DNA of 32,000 nucleotides from Planctomycetales bacterium (GCA_022646745.1 CP060262.1:2400001-2432000); one strand, 5' to 3'; positions 1 through 8,232 are shown, numbered from the stretch's first letter. The notes: generated by a model not told the origin, from the sequence alone. Numbers and translations: made by a program.

Positions 1-114
1 AGCGGGCAGTCGCCCACGCTGGATGAAGTCGGCAACGCGCTGGAGCGCGAGTTCCGCGAGGTGTTCGGCTACCGCAGTCCGGAAGGCGATTACCAGGCTG
101 ACCTGTGGGAATAG
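1..114 (+). CDS. 3' end of an unidentified protein-coding gene (5' part outside the window)
   Basis: Frame 1 is open from the window edge to TAG 112-114 (..FGYRSPEGDYQADLWE*). Third codon positions are G/C-rich like the neighbouring genes. A repeat element and a terminator follow. No family recognised. Confidence 0.45.
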   Translation, partial: SGQSPTLDEVGNALEREFREVFGYRSPEGDYQADLWE

Positions 115-288
115 TGGTCAGTAGTCAGTATTCAGTATTCAGATTGCTTCGCGTTTCTTTCTGCTTGATTGAATCTGAATTGCCAGTTGGCCCGCCGTAT
201 TATTCGTTTTCCTGACTTCTGCCTGTTACCTTCTGCCTGTTACCTTCTGCCCACTGACCACCGACCACTGACCACTGACCACAGACCA
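115..288 (+). repeat. Heptamer-armed inverted-repeat element, copy 1 (MITE/REPIN-like, unclassified)
   Basis: Four tandem heptamers T(G/A)(G/T)TCAG lie at 115-142. A 43-nt core attgcttcgcg..ctgcttgattgaatctgaattgcca lies at 143-185. A 14-nt unit cttctgcctgttac is repeated 2.6x at 216-251. Five tandem heptamers C(T/C/A)GACCA at 254-288 are the reverse complement of the 5' heptamers. A second copy lies at 15243-15396. Confidence 0.75.
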
Positions 289-297
289 CTCTCTACT

Positions 298-330
298 GAA
301 AAGGCCCCGGTTGCCCGGGGCCTTTGTTGT
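298..330. terminator. Bidirectional rho-independent terminator between convergent genes
   Basis: Stem ggccccgg (303-310) pairs with ccggggcc (315-322) around loop ttgc. It is flanked by gaaaa on the left and tttgttgt on the right, so a U-rich tail follows the hairpin on either strand. Confidence 0.75.
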
Positions 331-360
331 CTGCTTCTGTTCCAGTGAGTCGGTCTGTGC

Positions 361-3300
361 CTACTCGCCGGGGTTCCAGGTCTGGCGCTTGTAGTAGAGG
401 TCACCCTCCACGTAGTTGTTGCGCTGGCTGTACTTGTTGAACAGGTTGATGTAGTTGTCATCCTGGTCGATGAAGCCGAGGTCGCAGGTCACGCAGTGCT
501 GGTAGCTCTCACCGGCCGTCACCGAATTGCTCGAGGAGATGTTCGGGATCAGGTTGGCAGGGTTGGACCAGGTGGTGTCCGGGCGCTGGCTGTAGCGCCA
601 GGAACCGGTCAGCTGGGCGGACTGCTCAATCAGGTCGACTTCCATGTCCAGGTTGCTCCACAGCGAGACGGCCTTGCCGGTCGGGGAGAACACGATCTGC
701 GGGTCCTGCCCGGTGAGGATCGTCTCCTGGGTGAAGTTGTTGAGGTCGATGATGAAGTCGCCTTCCTCAAGCACGTTCTTGATCCAGCTGGTGCCGCTCC
801 ACATGTAGACGACCGCGTCACTGATCGGAGCATTGCCGAAGCCGGTGTCCACCACGCGCACCTCAGCGTTGACGACGATCGGCACGTTGCTGTTGGGGTC
901 AATGTCCACCACCATCACGTCACCGCCGTAGCCGGACGGGCCGCCGGTCCAGCCGTCGACGCGGTTGGGACGGGTGAAGTAGTAGAACTTGAGGTCATCA
1001 CTGTTGCTGTCAGCCTGGCCGACGGCGGCGACGGCCCACTGGGATCCGTCACTCTCGTTGATCGTGATGTCGCACTGCCAGATCTCCGGGTTGCCATCCG
1101 CGATCTTCGAGGGCAGGGTCCAGCTGCCGGCCGCAGCACGCTCGGTGTAGAACAGCTTCTCACCACCGTTGTCAGTCGCATAGCAGACCGCGAAGTAGTC
1201 ATCGGTTGCGGAGTAGTCGAGGCCGATGCCGTACAGCTCGGTGATGCCCGTGTTGGCGATCGTGGTCTGGGTCCAGGTGCTGGGGTCGCTGTCCTTGTCG
1301 CCATGCAGTTCGTACAGGGCGTTGGGGGTGCCGAACACCAGGTGGATGTTATTGCCACGGGCCACGGCCTGCGGGTGGTACTTGCGGTCCGGGTTCGAAA
1401 GGATCGTGTTCAGGTCGGTGGTGATCCAGGAGCTGCCGTTCCAGCTGGTGTAGTTCAGCGCCGTGCCGCGGTCCACGGAGAAGATGCGCGGCACTTCCTC
1501 GCCGGGCATGCGCACACTGGCGGTGTCACTGGCGGTCACGCCGCCACCGATCTGGCCGGAGCCGGGGAAGACCTGCGGAGTGGCATAGAGGAAGTTCTCA
1601 TTTGTGGTACGGTTCGGCGGGACTGCGCTGTCCTGGGCCTTGACCGCGAACTTGTAGCGCTGGTCATTGGTCAGGCCGATCACCGTATGGCTGGTGATGC
1701 TGCTGTCAAACACTTCCTGCGGGTTGTCCCAGTCGAAGTCCTCGGTGTCCTCGACGTAGTACAGCAGGTAGCTGACCGGCGGGTTCGTCGCATCCACCGC
1801 ACTGTACCACCTCACGGCGACCGTCTGGTTGTCAGGCTCGGCGCTCTTGATACCCTCGCCCTGGAACCAGGCCGGGGGAGTATTGTCAACGCCGGCCATC
1901 GGGGTTGCGCTGAGGAAGTTCTCATTTGTGGTTTCGTTGCCGACGCTGTCCTGGGCGCGCACACCGAAGTCGTAGCTCACGCCGTTCGTCAGGCCGTTGA
2001 TCATCTTGCTGGTGCCGCTCTGGCCGGTCAGCTGGGGGGTGCTCCAGTTGATGCCGGTGCCGGTCTCCGCGTAGTAGATGTTGTAAGTCACGGGGTCGTT
2101 CTGGCTGTCAGCCGCAATGAACCACTCAACGTTCACGCTGGCGTCGCCGGGGGTGGCGGCCTTGATGCCGATGTCCGAGCCGGACCACTCGGGGGGCGTG
2201 GTGTCACCGGCGGTGGCATTGCTCCAGATGTTGGAGTAGGGGCTTTCATCGGTACCGGTCATGGCCGTGACGGCGAAGTGCCAGATGCCGGCGGTGCTGA
2301 TCGAACTGGGCACGATGTAGTCGGTGCCGGTGATCAGCGAGCCGTCGACCTGCTGTGCGCCGGACATGCTCGGGAAGCCACTTACATAGACGTGGTAACC
2401 GTCAGGGGTGCCGGTGGCCGGAGGATCCCAGCTGAGCTGGAAATTGTCACCGTTGACCAGGCCGGTCAGGTTTTGCGGGGCGCTGCCGCCACCGCCGGAA
2501 CCGCCGAACTGAATGGCATTGGAATGGGCGGAGGCCGGGTTGCCGTTGTCAAGCGCGGTCACCGCGAACCAGGTGCCATCCAGCGGGTTGTTCAGGCTGA
2601 ATTCAAAGCTGTAGAAACCGCCGGCTGAGGGCTTGATGTGGTCCTCATAGTCGAGGCTGCTGCCGGTGCCGGAGAAGCTGCCGGCTTCCGTGGCTGCACT
2701 GTCGATGCGGTACTGGGAAACCTGGTTGTTGTAGTTGACGCCGATCGGGGTGATGTCGGAGATGTTGATCACGCCGTTGCTGTCGCCATCGGTCGGCTCC
2801 GCCTTGAACCAGTCGGTGTCGGTGTTGCTCTTGCCGAGGTAGATGCCGATCGGGGTGATGTCTGAGATGCCGACCTGGCGGTTCTGGTCGTAGTCACCGG
2901 TGTTGCGGTAGTTCCAGACCAGCTTGCTCGGGTCGATTCCGTCCCAGCGTAGCGAGTTGACGGGGCTCTGGGCCACGGCGGAAGTACCGCGGCCGAGCAT
3001 CAGGGCCGGGCCGTCCGCGAAGAACACCTCGGCCAGCTCGACATCGCCGGCGATCGCATCGCGGCCGCCGATGGTGCCGATGCCCATCGCCACAAGGCCG
3101 GGCTCGCTGGTCACGGCGACGAACATGCTGTCGCCCGCGATTTCGCGGCCAGCGCCGGAAGTCACCGGACGCACGCTGGCGGGGTCGTAGGCCAGGTGCA
3201 GGTAGGCGTGGTTGCCGGGCTCAAGCCCGCTGCCGAGTACGCGCACGTAATGTCCGCCGTCCGCATCCTCCACCTGCAGGCTGAGCTGCGCGGTGAGGTC

Positions 3301-3513
3301 GACGATGCTGCGCTCGCTGTCATCCACCGCGACCACCATGTAGCTGCCGCTGCGGGCCGCATCCTGGTAGCCATGCACGGGCCAGCTGTCAGCCGCGGAG
3401 TCGAGGCCGTCAAGCCCGCCACCGCCGCCGCCGCAGGAGGCAAGCACGGACAGTGCCGCGGCCGCCAGCAGGGTAGTCAGTCTGCCAAGTAATCTTTCTG
3501 TCATAACCATCAA
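361..3513 (-). CDS. Large surface lipoprotein: cohesin-like module, dockerin-like repeats, three FN3 modules, C-terminal Asp-box/BNR-like beta-propeller-like region
   Basis: 1050-aa ORF with signal peptide and lipobox LSVLAS|C (Cys27). Residues ~55-175 are cohesin-like (..LHLAYDPASV..). Two dockerin-type Ca-binding repeats are present: DYDQNRQVGISDITPIG and DGDSNGVINISDITPIG. Three FN3-like modules are present (YHVYVS.., YNIYYAE..GLTNGVSYDFGVRAQDSVGNE, YLLYYVE..GLTNDQRYKFAVKAQDS). The last ~390 aa carry recurring G-x-x-W motifs (SWNGSSW, AAGSW, SDGSQW, SGTSW). The start is ambiguous: TTG 3513, ATG 3510 or ATG 3504 (GAGGA sits 9 nt upstream of 3504). Confidence 0.85.
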   Translation of the reverse strand: MMVMTERLLGRLTTLLAAAALSVLASCGGGGGGLDGLDSAADSWPVHGYQDAARSGSYMVVAVDDSERSIVDLTAQLSLQVEDADGGHYVRVLGSGLEPGNHAYLHLAYDPASVRPVTSGAGREIAGDSMFVAVTSEPGLVAMGIGTIGGRDAIAGDVELAEVFFADGPALMLGRGTSAVAQSPVNSLRWDGIDPSKLVWNYRNTGDYDQNRQVGISDITPIGIYLGKSNTDTDWFKAEPTDGDSNGVINISDITPIGVNYNNQVSQYRIDSAATEAGSFSGTGSSLDYEDHIKPSAGGFYSFEFSLNNPLDGTWFAVTALDNGNPASAHSNAIQFGGSGGGGSAPQNLTGLVNGDNFQLSWDPPATGTPDGYHVYVSGFPSMSGAQQVDGSLITGTDYIVPSSISTAGIWHFAVTAMTGTDESPYSNIWSNATAGDTTPPEWSGSDIGIKAATPGDASVNVEWFIAADSQNDPVTYNIYYAETGTGINWSTPQLTGQSGTSKMINGLTNGVSYDFGVRAQDSVGNETTNENFLSATPMAGVDNTPPAWFQGEGIKSAEPDNQTVAVRWYSAVDATNPPVSYLLYYVEDTEDFDWDNPQEVFDSSITSHTVIGLTNDQRYKFAVKAQDSAVPPNRTTNENFLYATPQVFPGSGQIGGGVTASDTASVRMPGEEVPRIFSVDRGTALNYTSWNGSSWITTDLNTILSNPDRKYHPQAVARGNNIHLVFGTPNALYELHGDKDSDPSTWTQTTIANTGITELYGIGLDYSATDDYFAVCYATDNGGEKLFYTERAAAGSWTLPSKIADGNPEIWQCDITINESDGSQWAVAAVGQADSNSDDLKFYYFTRPNRVDGWTGGPSGYGGDVMVVDIDPNSNVPIVVNAEVRVVDTGFGNAPISDAVVYMWSGTSWIKNVLEEGDFIIDLNNFTQETILTGQDPQIVFSPTGKAVSLWSNLDMEVDLIEQSAQLTGSWRYSQRPDTTWSNPANLIPNISSSNSVTAGESYQHCVTCDLGFIDQDDNYINLFNKYSQRNNYVEGDLYYKRQTWNPGE

Positions 3514-3725
3514 TCCTCGCAGTTCTGGTCTGTGGGAATATTGGGGTCAAAGCGATTCTTAATCAGCCGTTAATGATAACAACTTTTAACCCGTTCTGTA
3601 TGCACCACATGCCCTGCACCCGCTTCTGTACTGAAAGTCCGAAGCTTTCCCATGGTGCCGCATGTCCATCAGCTTAATAGACGATCAGGCAATTGCGTGG
3701 TTACATGGAAGTGGGAATGTGAAAC

Positions 3726-5057
3726 CTACCCCGGGAAGGGATCGATGCTGAGGCTGACGTTGACGTCGCCGCCGTTCACCACCACCTGCTGGGTGTTCGG
3801 GTAGGTGTAGTTCTCCTGCCCGAAGCCGGCGCTGCCACGTACTTCCAGCGTATATGTGCCGTCCGGCACGCCGACGATCTGGTAGCCGCCGTGCGGGGCC
3901 GTCTCCAGTGAGGTCACCGCGCTGAAGTTGCCCGGCGTGAGCACCACGAGGAACTTCTTGTCCGGCTCCTGCTCATCCTGGCTGATCAGTCCGCTGACCG
4001 TATGCGTATCGGCACTGATGAATGTGTTCAGCACGTACTCGGCATTGCTGTCCGCCGTGAACTGGTCGCCGAGGTCGCCGCGGATCCCGATGCGGTATGT
4101 GCCGGTTGTCGGTGCCACGAAATGCACCAGCTCGATGTTCGTGAAGTAGATGCGGAAGCTGCTCCACTGCTCGTCAAATGTATTGAGCGGGTCGCTCGTC
4201 ACTCCCGGCGCGTACATCAGGATGTCCAGGTCGTTGAAGGTATATGGCGGGGTGAAGTGGTTGATGAACTCATACTCCATCGTGGCGGTGAAATGGTCCC
4301 CGGCCGTCAGGTCGATGCAGTAGAAATCCCAATGGTCCTGTGCCTCGCCGATCTCAAGCATCTCCGGCACGTAGTCGTCATGCGTAGAGGCGTGATAGCT
4401 GCCGACACCGATCGGATAGCAGGTATCAAGCGTGTCGTTGTCCTCGAAGTCGTCGTAGATCGGGTAGTCCCCGCCGTTGCCCTGGGTGATGCTGGACTCC
4501 AGCCCGGCGATGTTGATGTCACGGCCATCCACCACGATCACGGCGATGTAGACGAACTTGGCCGGGCTCGTGATGTCGAGGCCCTGCCAGTCAGCCGGCA
4601 GCACCTGCGAGGTGGACAGCTTCTGCCCGACCAAGTGCCAGCGATTGCTGTTGTAGTCAGCCAGCATGACGTAGTAGTAGTCATCCAGCTTGCCCTGGTA
4701 GAGGTTGACCTTGATCGATTCCAGGTCCTGCGGGTTGTTCAGCGGGAATCGGTACACCGCCCAGGCGGTTGGGGCCTCTACAGTGCTGGTAAGCACGCTG
4801 ACGGTCGGAATGGTCTCATGCACCGCGAAGCCCGGAGCGCCACAGTCTGAAAATGCCTGGGTGCCGTCGAGGGTCTCGATCGCATTCACCTGGCGGGAAT
4901 AGTGCAGCTCATCCAGCGGGAAGGACGGCGCATCAGCACTGAGGCTGGCCGATTCGGGAGCAGTCGTGGCATCAGCGGAGCCACAGGACGCGAGGTTCAG
5001 CGCTGCACAGAGCAGCGCCAGCAAGCCCAGTCCGATCCCAGCCAGTCCTCGCGTCAT
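3726..5057 (-). CDS. Lipoprotein with pre-peptidase C-terminal (PPC) domain and carboxypeptidase-regulatory-like C-terminal domain
   Basis: 443-aa ORF with AAGGAG 5 nt upstream of ATG 5057 and lipobox LNLAS|C (Cys25). PPC-type pattern: DFEDNDTLDTCYPIG..DHWDFYCIDLTAGDHF..DLDILMYAPG..GTYRIGIRGD. The C-terminal YQIVGVPDGTYTLEVRGS.. is typical of CarboxypepD_reg-like beta-sandwiches. Confidence 0.8.
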   Translation of the reverse strand: MTRGLAGIGLGLLALLCAALNLASCGSADATTAPESASLSADAPSFPLDELHYSRQVNAIETLDGTQAFSDCGAPGFAVHETIPTVSVLTSTVEAPTAWAVYRFPLNNPQDLESIKVNLYQGKLDDYYYVMLADYNSNRWHLVGQKLSTSQVLPADWQGLDITSPAKFVYIAVIVVDGRDINIAGLESSITQGNGGDYPIYDDFEDNDTLDTCYPIGVGSYHASTHDDYVPEMLEIGEAQDHWDFYCIDLTAGDHFTATMEYEFINHFTPPYTFNDLDILMYAPGVTSDPLNTFDEQWSSFRIYFTNIELVHFVAPTTGTYRIGIRGDLGDQFTADSNAEYVLNTFISADTHTVSGLISQDEQEPDKKFLVVLTPGNFSAVTSLETAPHGGYQIVGVPDGTYTLEVRGSAGFGQENYTYPNTQQVVVNGGDVNVSLSIDPFPG

Positions 5058-5157
5058 GGATTCTCCTTCTCAGTTCGCCCTTACACTAAATAACATGACG
5101 CAGGCTGGAGTCAATGGTTACGCAGAACACAAGCGCATGTTCGATCTGGGTTGATTC

Positions 5158-6177
5158 TCAGTCCAGCAGGGAGGGGTCAAGGAAGTATTCCAGCTCGCTG
5201 ATGGTTTCATCCAGCAGCATTTCCACAATGCTGCCATCCTCATCGCGGAATACATCAAGGCTGTAATCGCGGTTGAGGTACTTGAAACCATAGGATGCAG
5301 GCTTGCCAGATCCCTTGATCGCAAACACCTCAGGGCTGGCCTTGAAGTCCTTCAGAACTCGCTGGAAGTTGCGGAAGAAATCCTGTTGCTCCCGCTTCTG
5401 CTGGCGATAACTCGGGCCTTCCATGCTGAATCGCCCGAGGGGTTCATCCCATTCGTAGAAGTAGCTCCAGAAATAGTCGCTCAGCCTGCCGCCGATTGGA
5501 GCGATCCCGCGAAAGACCCACTTTCCATCAGGGGTGTGCAGCAGGTCCAGCGACCCATAGAAACTCCAGATCTGCTGGGGCCAGCTCTCACCGGATATGT
5601 CCTCCATCACGGGCTCTAGCCTGCGATCATCCGTCATCCTGAAAACATAAGCCCCGCCGCCATAGCTGATGCCGGACATGCCGGAAACCACAAGCTCACT
5701 GCGGCCATCGCCGGTCAGGTCCAGCAGCCAGACGTACTCCGCGGAGACAGGCGGGAACTCCAGGGTCTGCAGAAGCTCCGGTTGGCCGGATGAAGTGTCG
5801 TACAGCTCCAGGTAGCCTTTGGCAATCCCATACACGGCGATCTCAAGTGAGTCATAGCGCTCGTCCGGATTGCCAACGATAGGGTTGCCCTGCGGGCCAT
5901 CCAGCAGGTGCTCCTCAGCCCGGTAGCCGCCGAGTCCGTCCATCCCATCCCAGCCGAACTTCACATGCGCAGCCGGATGGTAGCGCAGCAGGAAATCGGG
6001 GCGGCTGTCCTCATCCGGGAAGCGCTGCAGGAAGTCAGTCTCATTGGCCAGCAGACCCATGCCCACCGGGATCGGCAGTGCCGCCGGTGTGTCCAGTGGG
6101 TTCAGCTCATACTGCGCGAGGGCAGGGGAGCAGATCAGCGTTGCCAGCAGTAAGCCGCAAATTATTACCAGTTTCAT
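5158..6177 (-). CDS. Secreted FG-GAP/VCBS-like repeat protein (paralog of 6179..7312)
   Basis: The ORF track gives 5158..6240. I trimmed it to ATG 6177, which has AGGAGG (6184-6189) 6 nt upstream and lies 1 nt after the TGA of the upstream gene (caGGAGGccTGAaATG). Signal peptide MKLVIICGLLLATLICSPALA|Q. FG-GAP-like motif LLDLTGDGRSELVV. The product is colinear with the 6179..7312 product. Confidence 0.75.
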   Translation of the reverse strand: MKLVIICGLLLATLICSPALAQYELNPLDTPAALPIPVGMGLLANETDFLQRFPDEDSRPDFLLRYHPAAHVKFGWDGMDGLGGYRAEEHLLDGPQGNPIVGNPDERYDSLEIAVYGIAKGYLELYDTSSGQPELLQTLEFPPVSAEYVWLLDLTGDGRSELVVSGMSGISYGGGAYVFRMTDDRRLEPVMEDISGESWPQQIWSFYGSLDLLHTPDGKWVFRGIAPIGGRLSDYFWSYFYEWDEPLGRFSMEGPSYRQQKREQQDFFRNFQRVLKDFKASPEVFAIKGSGKPASYGFKYLNRDYSLDVFRDEDGSIVEMLLDETISELEYFLDPSLLD

Positions 6178-6178
6178 T

Positions 6179-7312
6179 TCAGGCCTCCTGCGTATCCTTG
6201 AGGATGATCCTGCCGACGGGGTTGTCAGCCAGCCCGTCACCTTCCACGATCATGCGCAGATCTTCGATAAGTTCATTGTTCAGGCTGCCATCGTCATTCA
6301 CGAAGGGCACAAGGCTGTAGCTTTCGCCATCAATCGTGCAGGTGTACTGCTGGTAGTAGTCATCGGTCTCGCGCCTGAACTTCTTCGGGTCCTGCTTCAG
6401 CAGCTTCACCTGCCTGTACAGCTCCGCATAGAAGCGGTCCTCGGATTCGTAGTAGCCCGGTGCGAAGTCCGGGTCCCAGCTCCAGGCATTGTCAGCCTCG
6501 CTGAAGCTTACGATATCGCGGTAGTAGTAGCCGGCCGCGCTGAAGAACAGCGGGAAGATCAGCTGCAGCTCCCAGTCTCCATCGTTGTCATAGTCGGTAA
6601 GTTCGACGGTGCCATGCGCGCTCCACAGCGAGCTGGCGTAGTCCGTCGGTTCGCCCGATTCCCCGAAGTAGTTGAAGCTGCCATCCGGCAGCACGGTGAA
6701 CAGGACCACGCCGCCGCCGCTGCCGGCCCCGGTCATCCAGGATGCGATCACATCCAGCAGGCCGTCGTTGTTGGCATCCAGCACGAACACCGTGCCTATA
6801 TATTCATGGCCCAGCTCGTGGCTTGCCACTTCCACGAAGCTGCCATCCGGCTTCTTCAGGTATGAGCTGATGCAACCAAGGCCCCACATCTCATCTTCCT
6901 CGTAATGGATCCCGATCCCGATGCAGACCTGCCCGGCTGTGCTCGCATAACCGGCCTGCTTGTGCTTCGTGTTATGGCCAGCCCAATCGGCTGGGGGAAT
7001 CATCTTCTGCTCGCCGAAGAAGGGGTCGAGGTCCTCAATATATTGCTGTTCGAGGCGGCGGCGCATGTTTGATCTCAGTGTCAAAAGACAACTGAGACTT
7101 GTGCCGGGGCGTGAGGCATCCTGGGCGGCGATCACATCCGGGGCCGGGCTGCATTCCAGCAGGGCATTGGACTCGGTGACATCCTCCAGCGCATATCCCT
7201 GGTCGAGGGCCTCGAAATACTGGGCGAAGGCGGGCTGGATCTGGCTTGTAAGCATTATCAAGGCGCAAATGGCCATCTTCAGGCAGGGATAACGCGCAAA
7301 AATCACACTCAT
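6179..7312 (-). CDS. Secreted FG-GAP/VCBS-like repeat protein (paralog of 5158..6177)
   Basis: 377-aa ORF with an N-terminal hydrophobic signal (..MAICALIMLTSQIQPAFA|Q). Motifs VLDANNDGLLDVIA and LTDYDNDGDWELQL. The start is uncertain (ATG 7312 or ATG 7276) and neither has a clear SD. Confidence 0.72.
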   Translation of the reverse strand: MSVIFARYPCLKMAICALIMLTSQIQPAFAQYFEALDQGYALEDVTESNALLECSPAPDVIAAQDASRPGTSLSCLLTLRSNMRRRLEQQYIEDLDPFFGEQKMIPPADWAGHNTKHKQAGYASTAGQVCIGIGIHYEEDEMWGLGCISSYLKKPDGSFVEVASHELGHEYIGTVFVLDANNDGLLDVIASWMTGAGSGGGVVLFTVLPDGSFNYFGESGEPTDYASSLWSAHGTVELTDYDNDGDWELQLIFPLFFSAAGYYYRDIVSFSEADNAWSWDPDFAPGYYESEDRFYAELYRQVKLLKQDPKKFRRETDDYYQQYTCTIDGESYSLVPFVNDDGSLNNELIEDLRMIVEGDGLADNPVGRIILKDTQEA

Positions 7313-7525
7313 GACACCTAATAATAGGTCATTATTCAGAATAAATTAATGAAGATAGCAGCAATGGGGCGAAATCCGTGGCAGGACTCCATTAATCATT
7401 GCTCTTGGCTTCCATGTACGGCCTGTTCAAGCTGATATCTAAAGTCCAAAATCAGAAAAACTGCTGTCTTTTCTCTTACCCAAGGCTAATTCGAAAAGTG
7501 AACTTCAATATTTTCAAAAATAAGC

Positions 7526-7554
7526 TTGACAAAGTTGAAATTGCTGGTTATCAT
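7526..7554 (+). promoter_or_regulatory. Sigma70-type promoter TTGACA-17-TATCAT directly abutting the DUF2089 start codon
   Basis: TTGACA at 7526-7531, a 17-nt spacer, then TATCAT at 7549-7554. GTG 7561 and ATG 7564 follow 6 and 9 nt after the -10 box. No SD lies in between. Confidence 0.6.
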
Positions 7555-7563
7555 CCTCATGTG

Positions 7564-7983
7564 ATGTTCAGAAACAACAAAAAAGCCAACCGGCTGATCT
7601 CCGAATGTCCCGTATGCAGCGGGCAGCTCTCAGTGACGCACCTGCGTTGCAACGAGTGTGACACCGAGCTCAACGGCGTATTCATGGCCAATGAGTTCGC
7701 CCGCCTGCCGCACGACAAGCTGGAGTTCCTGCGGACCTTCCTTTCCTGCCGGGGCAACCTGAAGGAAGTGGAGGCCGTGCTGAACATCAGTTACCCCACG
7801 GTCCGTGGACGGCTTGACCAGCTGCTGGCCAGCCTCGGGATGGGCGATGGAGCCTATGCCGGTGAAGCAGCAGCGGCAGCCGCCGGTGATGACGAAGATG
7901 AAGAAAGCCGCGAGGAGATCCTGGCGGCGCTGGAGCGCGGTGAGCTGACGGTCGAGGAGGCCGAAAGCCGCCTGCGGGATTGA
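7564..7983 (+). CDS. DUF2089 family protein (zinc ribbon + HTH) with C-terminal SHOCT-like helix
   Basis: CPVCSGQLSVTHLRCNECDTELNGVF..FARLPHDKLEFLRTFLSCRGNLKEVEAVLNISYPTVRGRLDQLL matches the DUF2089 pattern CPxC..CxxC..F..L..EQL.F...F...RGNIKE.E..LGISYPTV. The tail is EEILAALERGELTVEEAESRL. The ORF-track start at 7399 lies in AT-rich promoter DNA, so I trimmed to ATG 7564. Confidence 0.85.
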   Translation: MFRNNKKANRLISECPVCSGQLSVTHLRCNECDTELNGVFMANEFARLPHDKLEFLRTFLSCRGNLKEVEAVLNISYPTVRGRLDQLLASLGMGDGAYAGEAAAAAAGDDEDEESREEILAALERGELTVEEAESRLRD

Positions 7984-8013
7984 CGCGGTAGCGTCTACAG
8001 GGATGGAAGCAAG

Positions 8014-8232
8014 ATGGTAGTCAGTGTTGAATACATGTATGAGGATGTCTCGGCAGTCGAGCTGGGACGATTGGGTGAATTGATCACTTCCCTGCAGCAG
8101 CAGGGTTGGCAGCCGCTGGAGCAGTCCGAGATGCAGTTCGTTCCGCAGATGCTTGGCGTCGATGGCAACGACGCCTGCCTGCTGTGGATGAAGCGCCGGG
8201 CGGATTACCCCATGCGCGCCGCCGCCGCATAG
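8014..8232 (+). CDS. Small hypothetical protein (72 aa)
   Basis: The ORF fills the gap between the DUF2089 and toastrack genes (30-nt and 20-nt spacers). Codon bias is like its neighbours, and a weak GGATGGA lies upstream. No family recognised. Confidence 0.5.
   Translation: MVVSVEYMYEDVSAVELGRLGELITSLQQQGWQPLEQSEMQFVPQMLGVDGNDACLLWMKRRADYPMRAAAA

Noticed and set aside
115-288. Possibility that the tandem heptamer blocks are a CRISPR array
   Set aside because: The units are 7 nt long and contiguous with no spacers. They occur as two mutually complementary blocks around a conserved core, and no cas genes are present.
115-288. Possibility that the structure-conserved, sequence-variable hairpin elements after ORFs are integron attC sites
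   Set aside because: There is no GTTRRRY/RYYYAAC core at the ends, no integrase, and the flanking genes are in mixed orientation with their own promoters and SDs.
496-2628. 710-aa plus-strand ORF antisense to the giant lipoprotein gene
   Set aside because: The translation is Val/Gly/Ala/Arg/Asp-rich low-complexity sequence, typical of the antisense frame of GC-rich coding DNA. It has no SD and no motifs. The minus-strand product has clear domain signatures.
4002-6865. Plus-strand ORFs 4002-4850 and 6044-6865; also 13017-13664, 21486-22505, 25061-25813 (-), 25386-26366 (+) and 10217-10906 (-)
   Set aside because: All lie inside longer ORFs on the other strand or frame that have signal peptides, SDs or recognisable motifs. 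Their translations are Arg/Ala/Gly/Val/Pro-rich and low in complexity.
7399-7563. N-terminal extension of the DUF2089 ORF given by the ORF track
   Set aside because: The extension lies in AT-rich DNA that contains the TTGACA-17-TATCAT promoter. DUF2089 proteins begin shortly before the CPxC zinc ribbon.
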